DNA from: a virus | Taxonomy: Duplodnaviria; Heunggongvirae; Uroviricota; Caudoviricetes | Reading direction: 5' to 3' (one strand) | Length of the DNA stretch: 64,000 nucleotides | Virus record (IMG/VR): IMGVR_UViG_3300037484_000317 | Shown here: positions 33,155 through 43,234 of the stretch, in pieces | Numbering within the stretch: position 1 is the first letter of the stretch | Layout: every line of letters starts with the position of its first letter | Made by a program: the position numbers and the translations under genes | Notes under the pieces: generated by a model | Database searches by the model: none | What the model was told of the DNA's origin: nothing | Seen by the model: only the letters and a program-made list of their open reading frames with translations

Positions 33155-34336
33155 ATGAAACACATACTCATTACCGCCGGGACTACTTATGGGCGGCTCG
33201 ACGATAATAAGCTCGTCGGCAATCGGATCCGGGGGATCTGGGCGACGAAGTTTGCCTGTTGGCTGCACAGTCGTGGCTACAGCGTGACGCTGCTCCTGCC
33301 GGATACCTTTGACAAGGCGTCCCTGGAGAGGACCATGCGGGAAATGCCCCTGGTTTCCAGACCGGCCAATGAGCAACTCCCGACGTTCGAGGTGCTCTAC
33401 CAGAACGGCTACGAGTCCTACGCGGAGCAGTGCTATGCGCTCGCGCCCAAGGTGGACGCTGCCGTGATGGCAAGCGCAGTGGTGAATTGGATTCCGAAGA
33501 ATCCCGTCAAGGGCAAGATGACGACTGAGGGATACGCAGAGGGTGATGTCATCGACATTCCCTTCTACCTCGCACCCCGTGTCATCGACCGGATGCGGAA
33601 GCTCAATCCCAAGCTCACGCTCATCGGCTGCAAGATGACTGCGGGCTCCACACGGGATGAGCTGATGCGGGCAGCGTACGGGACGCTGCTCAAGGCTCAC
33701 TGCAACGTGGTTGTGGCCAATGACCTCAGCAACCTCAAAGAGAAGATCCTTGTCTACCCTGATGGCCGACAGAGTGTCCAAGCGGATTTCGAGTGGATGT
33801 ACCACGAGTTGAAGGCTGTCATCGACGACGTCTTCTACCGCACAGAGAGCGACCCGGATCCTGGAGCCATCGACCCAGACAGGTTGGAGACGGCAAAGGC
33901 TCGATTCAATCGCATCTGCGATCGATACCGAGAGAACTTCGTGAAGCGTCCGGACAATGGCCCCGACCGTGTCTTCGGGTCCGTGGCTGTTCGCATCGAT
34001 GACCAGAACACGCTTGTCAGCCCTCGCGAAAAGGGGACTATGTTCACGGCAGATGACGCCGTCATCGTCACAAGTGTTGATCGACACAAGACGGCCCGCA
34101 TCATCCGGACAGTGGATGGGAAGAAGGCCACCCTCAATGCCCCATTGCTCTTGAAGGTGCTGGATTTTTTTGAGTGGGATACTGTCGTTCACCTGCATGA
34201 ACTCCACGCGAAATGGGCGACTCTCCCGTATGCACCACCGGGTTCCGTTCGGGACAATGATCGGGCTCTATCCGGAGAAGACAGCGGCTTCAACATCGAA
34301 GGCCATGGCTGCGTCTTTGCCCCAGCGAGGGTGTGA
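33155..34336 (+). CDS. CoaB (phosphopantothenate-cysteine ligase)-like domain fused to a class II aldolase-like domain
   Basis: ILITAGTT..LD....GN, DAAVMASAV, LIGCK and CNVVVANDL resemble the CoaB/DFP C-domain. C-terminal FGSVAVR...LVSPREKG...VVHLH resembles the aldolase II fold. Confidence 0.6.
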   Translation: MKHILITAGTTYGRLDDNKLVGNRIRGIWATKFACWLHSRGYSVTLLLPDTFDKASLERTMREMPLVSRPANEQLPTFEVLYQNGYESYAEQCYALAPKVDAAVMASAVVNWIPKNPVKGKMTTEGYAEGDVIDIPFYLAPRVIDRMRKLNPKLTLIGCKMTAGSTRDELMRAAYGTLLKAHCNVVVANDLSNLKEKILVYPDGRQSVQADFEWMYHELKAVIDDVFYRTESDPDPGAIDPDRLETAKARFNRICDRYRENFVKRPDNGPDRVFGSVAVRIDDQNTLVSPREKGTMFTADDAVIVTSVDRHKTARIIRTVDGKKATLNAPLLLKVLDFFEWDTVVHLHELHAKWATLPYAPPGSVRDNDRALSGEDSGFNIEGHGCVFAPARV

Positions 34337-34821
34337 TGGGCTGGCATTGGCCACTTGCAGCTCGGACCCCCATCCCCAAGCAGGGGGAACCAGGTGCTTT
34401 CGGCTCCAGGCGCAAGCACGACACACACACTGGGGTAGACTTGTACTGTGTGAGTGGGGATTTGGTTTCTGCCGTTGAGGATGGCAGGATAGTCAACATT
34501 GAGCAGTTTACGGGAAAAGCTGTTGGCTCTCCTTGGTGGCTAGATACATGGGCCATCCTTGTGGAGGGGGAGTCCGGTGTAGTCGCCTACTGTGAGCTGG
34601 AGAGACCCACGAGCAACATGCTATGGCACATCGGCATGTACATTCGTACCAGCGATTCCCTAGGGCGTGTGACGCGTGTTCTTCCCCGCGACAAAGGTCT
34701 ACCCCATACCATGCTTCATCTAGAGCTGTACACGGCGGGAACACGCACCACGTCCTGGTGGCGGGAAGAGCGACCTAGGAACATGCTGGACCCAACCCCT
34801 TTCCTTCAGAGAGTTCCCTGA
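34333..34821 (+). CDS. M23-family metallopeptidase
   Basis: HTGVD (HxxxD) and LHLE (HxH-like) motifs. Confidence 0.75.
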   Translation: MMGWHWPLAARTPIPKQGEPGAFGSRRKHDTHTGVDLYCVSGDLVSAVEDGRIVNIEQFTGKAVGSPWWLDTWAILVEGESGVVAYCELERPTSNMLWHIGMYIRTSDSLGRVTRVLPRDKGLPHTMLHLELYTAGTRTTSWWREERPRNMLDPTPFLQRVP

Positions 34822-35486
34822 TGCTTGACTGCACAACAAACACCTACGAAACTCTCTATGCTCGGTGGCTAGAGAAGCCAGAGGCCCTTCTGGATTGGGG
34901 TGGGTACGACGTACGGTGGCATCAGCTGGTGCTCGACGTGTGTGGGGGCACGGGTGCCGTTGCGAAGGTTGCTCGTGAGCGTGGTTCCGAGGTCACGCTG
35001 GTGGACTTGAACCCACGTTGCACTGACCCCGCAGTGAAGGCCCTTCGTGGGCGTGTGGAAGACCTGACGTGGTCGGCACAGGGGCACCTAGGCACGCTGG
35101 CACGGGCGCGTCAAATGGCGTGGGTGAAATGGGACTTCCTCGTCTGTCGGCAAGCGCTCGGGTACCTTGATCTAGACGCAGCTGCGAGGGCCCTGTCCTC
35201 TGTGGCTCGTGAGGGTGCAACCTTCGTCTGCAACACTTTCGTGAAGCCCAAATGGTCCTTCCAACGATACACCTTCCAGGGGCGCACGTACTTCGAAGTG
35301 TCGGGCTACTTCGGTCGGCGTGTGTGGCACCTTCAGGCGACGGGCGTGTATTTCGATGTGACCACCTTCCACTGGTACTCGGCGGAAGAAATCCGTATGG
35401 CATTCGCCCCATATTGGATGCTGGAGAAGATCGAAGAGACAAACAAGAGCCTGAGATTTCTCTTCAAGCGTAAGGGAAGCCCATGA
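34821..35486 (+). CDS. Class I SAM-dependent methyltransferase
   Basis: VLDVCGGTG motif I; VTLVDLN motif II. Confidence 0.75.
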   Translation: MLDCTTNTYETLYARWLEKPEALLDWGGYDVRWHQLVLDVCGGTGAVAKVARERGSEVTLVDLNPRCTDPAVKALRGRVEDLTWSAQGHLGTLARARQMAWVKWDFLVCRQALGYLDLDAAARALSSVAREGATFVCNTFVKPKWSFQRYTFQGRTYFEVSGYFGRRVWHLQATGVYFDVTTFHWYSAEEIRMAFAPYWMLEKIEETNKSLRFLFKRKGSP

Positions 35487-37621
35487 ACGAAAGCAGTGGA
35501 ACGGTACGTGTTTTCTGCCGAGAGGACTTCGCTGGCTGTGATGGTGCAAGTGCCTGGATCATCACCTGGGACACTACGGACACAGCCCTCAATTTCAAAG
35601 TCGTCGAGACTATCGTTGATGGAATTGACGGTGGGTCGGAAATCAGTGAGTCCCGGGCAGAGGGATATCTGAAGTGGGATGGATGCCTGAACATTGACTT
35701 CGACGGCAGTCGATGTCTTCACTTCTGTGGCCCGGAAGAGAAGCCTTTACTGGGGCGGCTTGTAGAGGCGATCTACAAGCTCGGGCCCAAGATGAAGAGT
35801 TGGGATCATGGTGGGGGAAGTTATGTGGAGGGGCGTAAGACACGCATGACAACCCCCTGGAATGGTCTCTTCTCGGAATGCGGGTTACTCTCCGATTGTG
35901 AAGGTGAGGAACGAGCTGGGCTGGAGTTGGCATTCGAAGAGATGCGTAAAGCGATCGTTCAAGAGGAGCGTATCCGTATTCGGGAGATCGTAAACGAGGT
36001 ACTTGATCCACAACGAACTCCTCAGTACACGCTATTGCACATGGCGATTGTGTCCCAAATCCAACCAGGTACGTTTCCAGATCCGCCCTGTGTTGACGAG
36101 CTGCAAAACCCAGAACCCGGTATGAGGGTTCGGATCCGGTGTGACCCGAAGGACACCCGTGGATTTCTGATCGGCTCTTCAATGATAGCGAACAGAAGGT
36201 CCGAAGGTGTGGGGGTACTTTGGGGTTACGTTCCGGGACATGGTGGGGATGTCTGGTACGTCGTCCATGAGGGAACTCCAGTCACTTCAGTGGATGGGAA
36301 AGATGTGTGGGACAAAAACGGCATAGCGGCGTATACGACTAGGGAGCTGACTCGGGCATGACTGACGAATCAAGTCTCATTCGTCGGGCCCTACTCGGGC
36401 TTCTTGACGCGCAGGATTTCCTCGGATACCAACTGACACACGCAAATGGTGGCATGAGTGATGACCAACTCAATGGCATCGCAGATGAGCACTTCGCCAA
36501 GCGGGCACTGTGGACAGAAGAGGATATCGTGGCCGTTACACGTGAGCTTGCTGGGTTGATTCCAGATCGACTTGATGCCCTGTTGGTCTCTGTGATCACG
36601 GGGTGTGACATTGAGCTGGCATCGCGCGTGCTGGTTGCTGGGGCGGAAGCGGAAGTGAAAGAACGTGCACAAGTGAGGAACACCAAATGACCACCGGATA
36701 CACCGCAGCTTTTGAAGACTCGAAGACCTACAGCTTTGAACAGTTCGTTTGGGGCTGTGCACGGGCCTTCGACATGGGGTGTCGTGACAATGATGGGCTT
36801 TCACCCCTTCATCGGAAGCCAGTCATTGCGTACGACAGCGCTAGGCTCGCGCAGTGCAGAAGGGACCTGGCTGCCCTTACCAAGATATCTGACAAAGCTC
36901 TTCAGACAAAGATTGATGCCGAGTACAAGAGGGAACTTCGGCGTTGGGTTCAAGGCAACGAGAAGTCCAAGGATTTGGACTTGAGGTACGCAAAGATGCG
37001 GGAGCGGGTTCAGGCATGGAGTGCTACCAGCAAGGATCAGACGGTGGCTTCAAATCTTGAAGCACTGAAGAAGTTCATGCTGGGCCAGCTCGATACACAC
37101 AAAAGCTATCGGCCGTCCAAGCCTAAGAAGAGGACGATTGGTTCCTACCGCAAAGCGCACCTACGGTATCTTAGGGAAGACATCCGTCAAAGCGAAAAGA
37201 ACATCCAAGAATCCATCAATCGCACACAGGAAGTCAATCTCTTCTTCCAAGAGTTGAACACGAGCGTCCCACGACCAAAGGAAAGCAAGTGACACAAGCG
37301 ACCCCAGAAGTAGCAGCCCTAGAAGTAGCAGCTCCAATCCCTCCACCCAGGGATCCACTGACGTATCTCAGCCACACAGACAGGGCCGTGCTCTACGCAG
37401 TCCTCACGGCATGGGTCTATGAGGATGATGCACTCAGCTTCCTGAGTGAAAACCACAAGCTTGATGAGAAGGATCTTCGAACTGAGGTCTTTCGCATCGT
37501 CGAAGTTCTGACGAAGACGCACCTGGACATCCCAGGAGCCCGTCGTGGCGTGTCGCCCAGCAGTGCACGTCTAGAGCGTGACCATATGGGCCACGTTGAG
37601 GACAACCGGGAACGCCGCTGA
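35483..37621 (+). other. Four hypothetical genes (35483-36361, 36358-36690, 36687-37292, 37289-37621)
   Basis: Tiled ORFs with 4-nt overlaps. Confidence 0.6.
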
Positions 37622-37876
37622 GAGCCGAGCTACGCCCCTGAGCCTTTTCACTCGGTGCTCTATGCGTTGTGCCTCACTGCGGCCTGTGAAAGGGCCGTAG
37701 AGAGCAGCTAACACCCAGGGACGGTGTACGCGGGCGAAGCGGGCACCGCCTGGTCTCAATCCGTTGTGCTGCTGAATCCTGCGGGTAACGTCGTTGGTGC
37801 AGCCCACGTAGAACACAGGGACGCCGTTCGCGCGGGTGCCCCGAAGAACATAGACACACCAGGGAGAGTCAGTCAT
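37571..37876 (-). CDS. GIY-YIG endonuclease (SLX1/UPF0213-like)
   Basis: CVYVL...FYVGCTND..RRIQQHNG...GGARF...RPW...EAQRIE. Confidence 0.85.
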   Translation of the reverse strand: MTDSPWCVYVLRGTRANGVPVFYVGCTNDVTRRIQQHNGLRPGGARFARVHRPWVLAALYGPFTGRSEAQRIEHRVKRLRGVARLSAAFPVVLNVAHMVTL

Positions 37877-38192
37877 GGCCAAGTTTCGTAAGCGTCCTGT
37901 AGTAATCGAGGCGAGCCAATGGTTCGAAAACGGAGATCATCTCTTCGCCGACGCCAACGGTGGGTCTGTGGTCAAGGGTGAAGGCAAGGTAGTCAGATAC
38001 TACCGTCGACCAGACGACCCAGGTACCCGTGAGTGCCAACATTGCGCACGCAAGATGCACGATCACGGCTGGATCGACACCCTCGAAGGTGGTCACATCG
38101 TGTGCCCGGGAGATTGGATCATCACGGGAGTTTCTAACGAAATGTACCCCTGTAAGAATGACATCTTCGTGAAGACCTATGAGCCCGTGTGA
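37875..38192 (+). CDS. Conserved phage hypothetical protein (PGDW/PGDYG-type)
   Basis: KFRKRPVVIEASQW...TLEGGHIVCPGDWIITG...YPCKNDIFVKTYE; AGGGAG RBS. Confidence 0.7.
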   Translation: MAKFRKRPVVIEASQWFENGDHLFADANGGSVVKGEGKVVRYYRRPDDPGTRECQHCARKMHDHGWIDTLEGGHIVCPGDWIITGVSNEMYPCKNDIFVKTYEPV

Positions 38193-41191
38193 TTCTTTCC
38201 TGGGTCTACCTCTCTGGTTTTCCAAAATCGCTCGATGTAAGCAAGTCACTTGCAAAACGAGCTGGTGGTAATCTGCGTGCTCGTGAGGCGATCGAGTTTA
38301 TGCGCTCCGAACGTGAGCGGCTTGGATTGACACGCATAGAACTTGAGACACGCATTTTTGGTCGGAGTGATGGGAATGTGCGTAACTGGGAGGATGGTAT
38401 CTCGATCCCTAGGCCAGGCTTGTGGCCGAAGATCCGGGAGGCTCTTGATCTTTCCAGTACACCATTTGATGCAGATATGGAACGTGGTGACACCGTAGTT
38501 GGAGAAGTAGCCGGTTCTTATGGATACCAGAAGGACGGTTTTCGGTGGACAGAAAACCATGAGCTGCGAGAACCTATTACGGATCTAGCTCGACAGTGGA
38601 CCGGCTGGGGCACAGCACTTAAGCCAGCACACGAACCCATCCTATTGTTTCAAAAGCCGTATAGTGACCAGCTTCCCGCAGAAAGCCCACCGATGACCAG
38701 TAGCCTGCTCCCTGACGACAAGACCCGCTGGGTACTCCACAACGGCAACTGCCTCGATGTACTTCGGTCGATGCCTGACGAGTCTGTGGACAGCGTCATT
38801 ACTGATCCACCCTATGGATTGTCGGGTCACAGCGCGGCCGACGTGCAGGAAGCACTAAGGGCCTGGCTCGACGGAAAGCCCTACGAGTCTGGTTCCTTAC
38901 GCAAGGGCCAAGAGAACTGCGCGACAAACATCCTCGGGAACGCCGTCATCTCGGACACGGATGGTTCTAATTCCAGCGGCCAGCAAGAAAACATCTCGTT
39001 CTCTGTCCTCAATAAGTTGTCCTCCGCTGTGTGTGTGGACAGTGTCAATCTCAATCACGAGAGCACGATTGGGGAAATAAAGGTCCGCAACGAAAGCTCC
39101 GCCATCCCATTCGAAAACGTGCTGGTAGGAGACCGAAATCCCAATCTCCCTGAGACGGGCAACAGTCACCCGTTCAGTCTCAGGAAAAGGCAAGGTTTTA
39201 CCGGCTGCGTAGGCGTATGCACCTGCCACACTGAGTCGGGTCCGTCCCTCTATCGTGTAAACGTATGGCTCCGTCACGACCCGCTTAGTGAGTCCGAGAG
39301 AGCGTCCCGCGAAGTGGCACTCACGGGAACAGAAGTTCGAGCCGTGCTTACCCTTGATGTGGCTAAGAAAACGGCGCAGATCTCTTTGACAGAGATCACA
39401 CCGGACCATGATTGCGGTCTGGTTCTGGTCCCCCCTCATCTTGTAGGAGCACTCACGGGAGCAAGTGGTCTCTCGCCCGAAACCCAATCTAGTGGGGTGA
39501 GCCTGGTAGGTGCTGCCGCAAACGGAACAGGTACAAGAAACAAGGGGGACACGTCGAATGATCCCACCACACTCCTTGCTACAGGTGCGAATACGGGTCT
39601 TCACAGCGTTGAAGGGCCTACCGCAAACTTCACAGTCCTTTTGCATACCGAGTACCTTACCAGACTTAGAAGTCCCACACTTGGTAAAAAAGGCTTCATG
39701 GGTAAGGGATGGGATGCGTTCGTACCGGGCCCCGAGGTCTGGAAAGAGTGCTTCCGGGTCCTGAAACCGGGAGGGCACCTGCTGGCATTCGCGGGGACAC
39801 GCACTCAGGACTTGATGGGGATTGCCATCCGCCTCGCTGGGTTTGACTGCCGAGATGAGATCCGTGTGGAGGGCGTACTTGCCTGGGAATTCGGAAGCGG
39901 ATTTCCGAAATCCCGCAACATCAGCAAGACTTTGGACAAGCAGGCCGGGGTGCTAGAGCACGAGGGCAAGAACATGCGGGACGTGACGGGGACCATGATG
40001 ACCCTGAAGCCCAGCATCAAGCCCTCGGAGTACGTAGCACCGGAACCCATCACTGACGATGCCAAGCAATGGGAGGGGTGGGGCACAGCTCTCAAGCCAA
40101 GTCACGAGCCCATCCTGATGTTCCGCAAGCCGATGGCCACCACAGTCGCCGAGAATGTTCAGCGGTACGGCACCGGTGCGATCAACGTAGATGGTTGCCG
40201 AGTTGAGACCATAGGACCCAGACCTGCAAGAGAGCCCTCTGGGATCGCTAGGGACGGTGACGTTTATGAGGCTGGATTAACTGGGTCCCGTGCCATTGAG
40301 GACACCATTCAGGGAAGGTGGCCTAGCAACTTAGTCCTCGTTCACACCCCCTCGTGTGTTCAGACTGGCACGCAGACTGTAGACTCCCCGGTCATCAATC
40401 GCTTCAATGACGGGATGAAGCCATTTGGTGAGGGCGCAGGCCACGCATACACCTCCGTGGGTGGGGGCCAGGAAGAGATCCCTGTTTGGGAGTGTGTAGA
40501 TGGATGTCCAGTAAAGGCCCTAGATGGTCAGAGTGGGGTTCTGACAAGCGGATCAGTGCGTCCCGGCTATATGCGCAACAGTTCCACCCAACCGAGTCGG
40601 GGCGGGTTTGAGGGTGGATTTGGAGACGCACCACTTACCGGATTCGGAGACTCGGGCGGAGCTTCCCGTTTCTTCCCACAGTTCCAGTACACGCCTGAGG
40701 ATGCCCCTTTCAGGTACGTCCCGAAGACAGGTCGCACCGAGCGCAACGAGGGGCTAGAGGGCGGACCACGGCAGCAGGTAGACGACTCTCGTGACCCTGA
40801 CGCACCGGGCGCCAACAATCCGCGCAACCGTGGTGGACGCCAGGATGAGAATCACCACTCCACGGTCAAGCCCATCGAACTCATGCGGTGGCTCATCCGG
40901 CTCGTGACGCCGCCTGGTGGGATCGTCTTGGATCCATTCAATGGCAGTGGTAGCACGGGTTGCGCGGCTATTGTCGAGGGCATGTTGTATGTGGGCATAG
41001 ACCTGGACCCCGACTACATCGAAATCTCACGGGGTCGGATTGAGTGGCACGGAATCAAGATAAAGGGTGGTTTGAAGAGGAATCCGTGGGTGGCGCCAGT
41101 GCGCACCGTTCAGGAGTCAGCAGTGCGCCCCGCTCGGAGCGCGGCTGACTTCCTGTGCGGATACGAGGACGAGGACGAGGACGACGGGTGA
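38189..41191 (+). CDS. Beta-class N4/N6 DNA methyltransferase 1, with an N-terminal duplicated HTH-bearing segment and a ~260-codon in-frame insertion
   Basis: Motif IV DPPY; GFMGKGWD; FGSGFPKS; motif I LDPFNGSG. The core probably starts at ATG 38693. Confidence 0.88.
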   Translation: MILSWVYLSGFPKSLDVSKSLAKRAGGNLRAREAIEFMRSERERLGLTRIELETRIFGRSDGNVRNWEDGISIPRPGLWPKIREALDLSSTPFDADMERGDTVVGEVAGSYGYQKDGFRWTENHELREPITDLARQWTGWGTALKPAHEPILLFQKPYSDQLPAESPPMTSSLLPDDKTRWVLHNGNCLDVLRSMPDESVDSVITDPPYGLSGHSAADVQEALRAWLDGKPYESGSLRKGQENCATNILGNAVISDTDGSNSSGQQENISFSVLNKLSSAVCVDSVNLNHESTIGEIKVRNESSAIPFENVLVGDRNPNLPETGNSHPFSLRKRQGFTGCVGVCTCHTESGPSLYRVNVWLRHDPLSESERASREVALTGTEVRAVLTLDVAKKTAQISLTEITPDHDCGLVLVPPHLVGALTGASGLSPETQSSGVSLVGAAANGTGTRNKGDTSNDPTTLLATGANTGLHSVEGPTANFTVLLHTEYLTRLRSPTLGKKGFMGKGWDAFVPGPEVWKECFRVLKPGGHLLAFAGTRTQDLMGIAIRLAGFDCRDEIRVEGVLAWEFGSGFPKSRNISKTLDKQAGVLEHEGKNMRDVTGTMMTLKPSIKPSEYVAPEPITDDAKQWEGWGTALKPSHEPILMFRKPMATTVAENVQRYGTGAINVDGCRVETIGPRPAREPSGIARDGDVYEAGLTGSRAIEDTIQGRWPSNLVLVHTPSCVQTGTQTVDSPVINRFNDGMKPFGEGAGHAYTSVGGGQEEIPVWECVDGCPVKALDGQSGVLTSGSVRPGYMRNSSTQPSRGGFEGGFGDAPLTGFGDSGGASRFFPQFQYTPEDAPFRYVPKTGRTERNEGLEGGPRQQVDDSRDPDAPGANNPRNRGGRQDENHHSTVKPIELMRWLIRLVTPPGGIVLDPFNGSGSTGCAAIVEGMLYVGIDLDPDYIEISRGRIEWHGIKIKGGLKRNPWVAPVRTVQESAVRPARSAADFLCGYEDEDEDDG
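38897..39646 (-). CDS. Zn-finger plus DUF559/Vsr-like endonuclease encoded antisense inside MTase 1
   Basis: Several CxxC and CSxEC fingers, then YQHVF...ADLYFP..ALVIEID...DRERDVFLLAAGIRTIRV. TAAGGT lies 7 nt before the ATG. Confidence 0.8.
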   Translation of the reverse strand: MQKDCEVCGRPFNAVKTRIRTCSKECGGIIRRVPLVSCTCSVCGSTYQAHPTRLGFGRETTCSRECSYKMRGDQNQTAIMVRCDLCQRDLRRFLSHIKGKHGSNFCSRECHFAGRSLGLTKRVVTEPYVYTIEGRTRLSVAGAYAYAAGKTLPFPETERVTVARLREIGISVSYQHVFEWDGGAFVADLYFPNRALVIEIDTVHTHSGGQLIEDRERDVFLLAAGIRTIRVRDDGVPEDVCRAVLLALA

Positions 41192-41240
41192 TGTGCCACT
41201 TGCACCTATTCGTCTTCTGAGATGCGTAAGTGTCCGACCC

Positions 41241-42215
41241 ATGACCATCTCTCTTTTGTGGCGCACAGATGTGCATCTCTCGGATCACACGCCTCGGTCA
41301 CGCAAGGATGACTGGACAGCTACCGTTCTAGGCAAGCTCACTCAAGTCGGGGAGATAGCTCGTACACTGGGGGCCTCTGCGGTTTTGGACGGTGGGGACT
41401 TCTTCGACTTGAAGAGCCCCACACGCAACTCGCACGCACTCATCCAGCAGGTGCTGGCCGTTCATCGCAACTACCCCTGCCCAGTCTACGCAAATGTTGG
41501 CAACCATGATTGCGTGTATGGGGACTACTCGTTCCTGCCACAGCAGCCGTTGGGCGTGCTCTACGAGTCGGGTGCCTTCAGGCGTTGCTATGATGAGCAC
41601 GAGGCGGTCTTCTTCCAGAATGGTGGGATCACTGTCAGGGTAGTAGGCGTTCCCTACCACGGGACCAAGTACGACCTGGATAGATTCCGCCGCATCAAGA
41701 AGAGTGGCGAGACCTACCTTGTGGTGTTGGCTCACGTTTTGGCGTCGCCCTCGGGCGGAACACTCTTCGAGTCCGAGGACGTAATCAAGTATGCAGACCT
41801 TGACCAGTTCGAGGGGGATGCTTTTCTATTTGGACATTGGCATAAGGACCAGGGGATTACCCACACTCCCGGTGGCAAACTGATTGTGAACACCGGCTCG
41901 CTTACGAGAGGTTCCCTCTCACAGGATGATCTTGACAGGGTGCCCTCCGCTGTGCACCTCAAGTTCACGACAGCGGGTATCACGGCCGAGAAGATTGCCC
42001 TTAGGCATACCCCCGCCGGAGAAGTGTTCGATCTTGAAGCTCGGGATACTGCGAATCTCCGAGAGAACATGATCGAAGAGTTCGTTGGCAACATCAAGTC
42101 CATCCTCATGGCAAAGTCCGAGCGATCGGTCCGGGATGCGATTAGAGACTTGCCCAACGTTCCAGATAAGGTCAAGGAACAAGCTCTCCTCTACATCGAG
42201 AAAGCAGGGGGGTAG
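41241..42215 (+). CDS. Metallophosphoesterase, SbcD/Mre11-like exonuclease
   Basis: TDVH, GGDFFD, GNHD and GHWH motifs. Confidence 0.85.
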   Translation: MTISLLWRTDVHLSDHTPRSRKDDWTATVLGKLTQVGEIARTLGASAVLDGGDFFDLKSPTRNSHALIQQVLAVHRNYPCPVYANVGNHDCVYGDYSFLPQQPLGVLYESGAFRRCYDEHEAVFFQNGGITVRVVGVPYHGTKYDLDRFRRIKKSGETYLVVLAHVLASPSGGTLFESEDVIKYADLDQFEGDAFLFGHWHKDQGITHTPGGKLIVNTGSLTRGSLSQDDLDRVPSAVHLKFTTAGITAEKIALRHTPAGEVFDLEARDTANLRENMIEEFVGNIKSILMAKSERSVRDAIRDLPNVPDKVKEQALLYIEKAGG

Positions 42216-42222
42216 AGTTCAC

Positions 42223-43221
42223 ATGTCGTGGATCAGCAGAGAGTTCAAGATTTGGTGGACTTCGCTCGAAAATTACGAAGACTGTCCTCAGAAATTCCTT
42301 TGGAAATCTGGATACGGGACAATAGATCTGGGGCGTGGACCTGGACGAGGTAAGCTCATCCCCGAACCCCGGAAGTCCGCTCACCATGCGGTCATGGGGA
42401 ACGTTCTCTCTACCGCCATGGAGGCTCTTTACAACCAGGAACTTTGGAGGGATCCTGCAAATCTCAAGTCCAAGTTGGAAGACCTTGTTCGCAAGGAATT
42501 CAACTTCCAACTGACCAAGCCCAAGAACCACATCATCTGGTCCGAGTCCAAGAACCCCAAGTGGTTTGAAGCCGAACCCAGGGAGGTTCTGCTCCAGACG
42601 TGTCTGGATGGGATTCTCAACTACCTCCACACCATGAAGCGCAACAAGCTTCTGGGCCCGTACGCTAGGTCAGAAGTGGACTTGGTTGCCACCGTGGACC
42701 AAACCCCGATCGCAGGTCGGGCGGACGTTGTCATCCGACGTGCGGATACCGGTATCACGATTCTCGATGGGAAGAACTCATCTACCCCAGGCAGGCACAC
42801 AAATGAAGATCAGTTGCGCTGGTACGCACTCTGCTTCTTTCTGATGTACCACGAGATGCCCAACAGGCTGGCCTTCGTCTACTTCCGATATCCGGAGGGC
42901 AAGCCACACAAGGATTACGAAGAAGATCCAGAGACGTGGACTGGCCTGAAGGATGTGTCCTGCACCAAGGACGATCTCAAGGCCCTGTCTCACAGGGCCG
43001 TTCAGACTCACCTAGCGATGGTGAGAGAAGACTTTCCGGCCACACCCAGTTCCAAGGCCTGTATGTTCTGCGACTTCCAGGAAGTTTGCCCTGCTAGGAT
43101 TGAGCAAAAGGCAGCGAACGTTCGAAAGAAGAAGCCCAAGACAGAGGCGGAGAAGGCCTTGAACTCCTCCACGGGAATCATGGACATCGGATTCTTCACG
43201 GACTCGGATTCAAAGGAGTAA
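42223..43221 (+). CDS. PD-(D/E)XK (RecB/Cas4-like) nuclease
   Basis: GRADVV...ILDGKNS...QLRWY; Cys pattern CP ... CxFCDFxxVC. Confidence 0.8.
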   Translation: MSWISREFKIWWTSLENYEDCPQKFLWKSGYGTIDLGRGPGRGKLIPEPRKSAHHAVMGNVLSTAMEALYNQELWRDPANLKSKLEDLVRKEFNFQLTKPKNHIIWSESKNPKWFEAEPREVLLQTCLDGILNYLHTMKRNKLLGPYARSEVDLVATVDQTPIAGRADVVIRRADTGITILDGKNSSTPGRHTNEDQLRWYALCFFLMYHEMPNRLAFVYFRYPEGKPHKDYEEDPETWTGLKDVSCTKDDLKALSHRAVQTHLAMVREDFPATPSSKACMFCDFQEVCPARIEQKAANVRKKKPKTEAEKALNSSTGIMDIGFFTDSDSKE

Positions 43222-43234
43222 GGGCCCACAGCAT

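Noticed and set aside
33059-34207. 382-aa minus-strand ORF (and similar long antisense ORFs, e.g. 29731-30519, 3103-3867)
   Set aside because: These shadow well-supported plus-strand genes and show no recognisable motif, unlike the antisense nuclease at 38897-39646.
38888-39673. Intein as the explanation for the MTase 1 insertion
   Set aside because: There is no block A hydrophobic pattern, no TxxH block B, and no terminal HN/GN followed by C/S/T.
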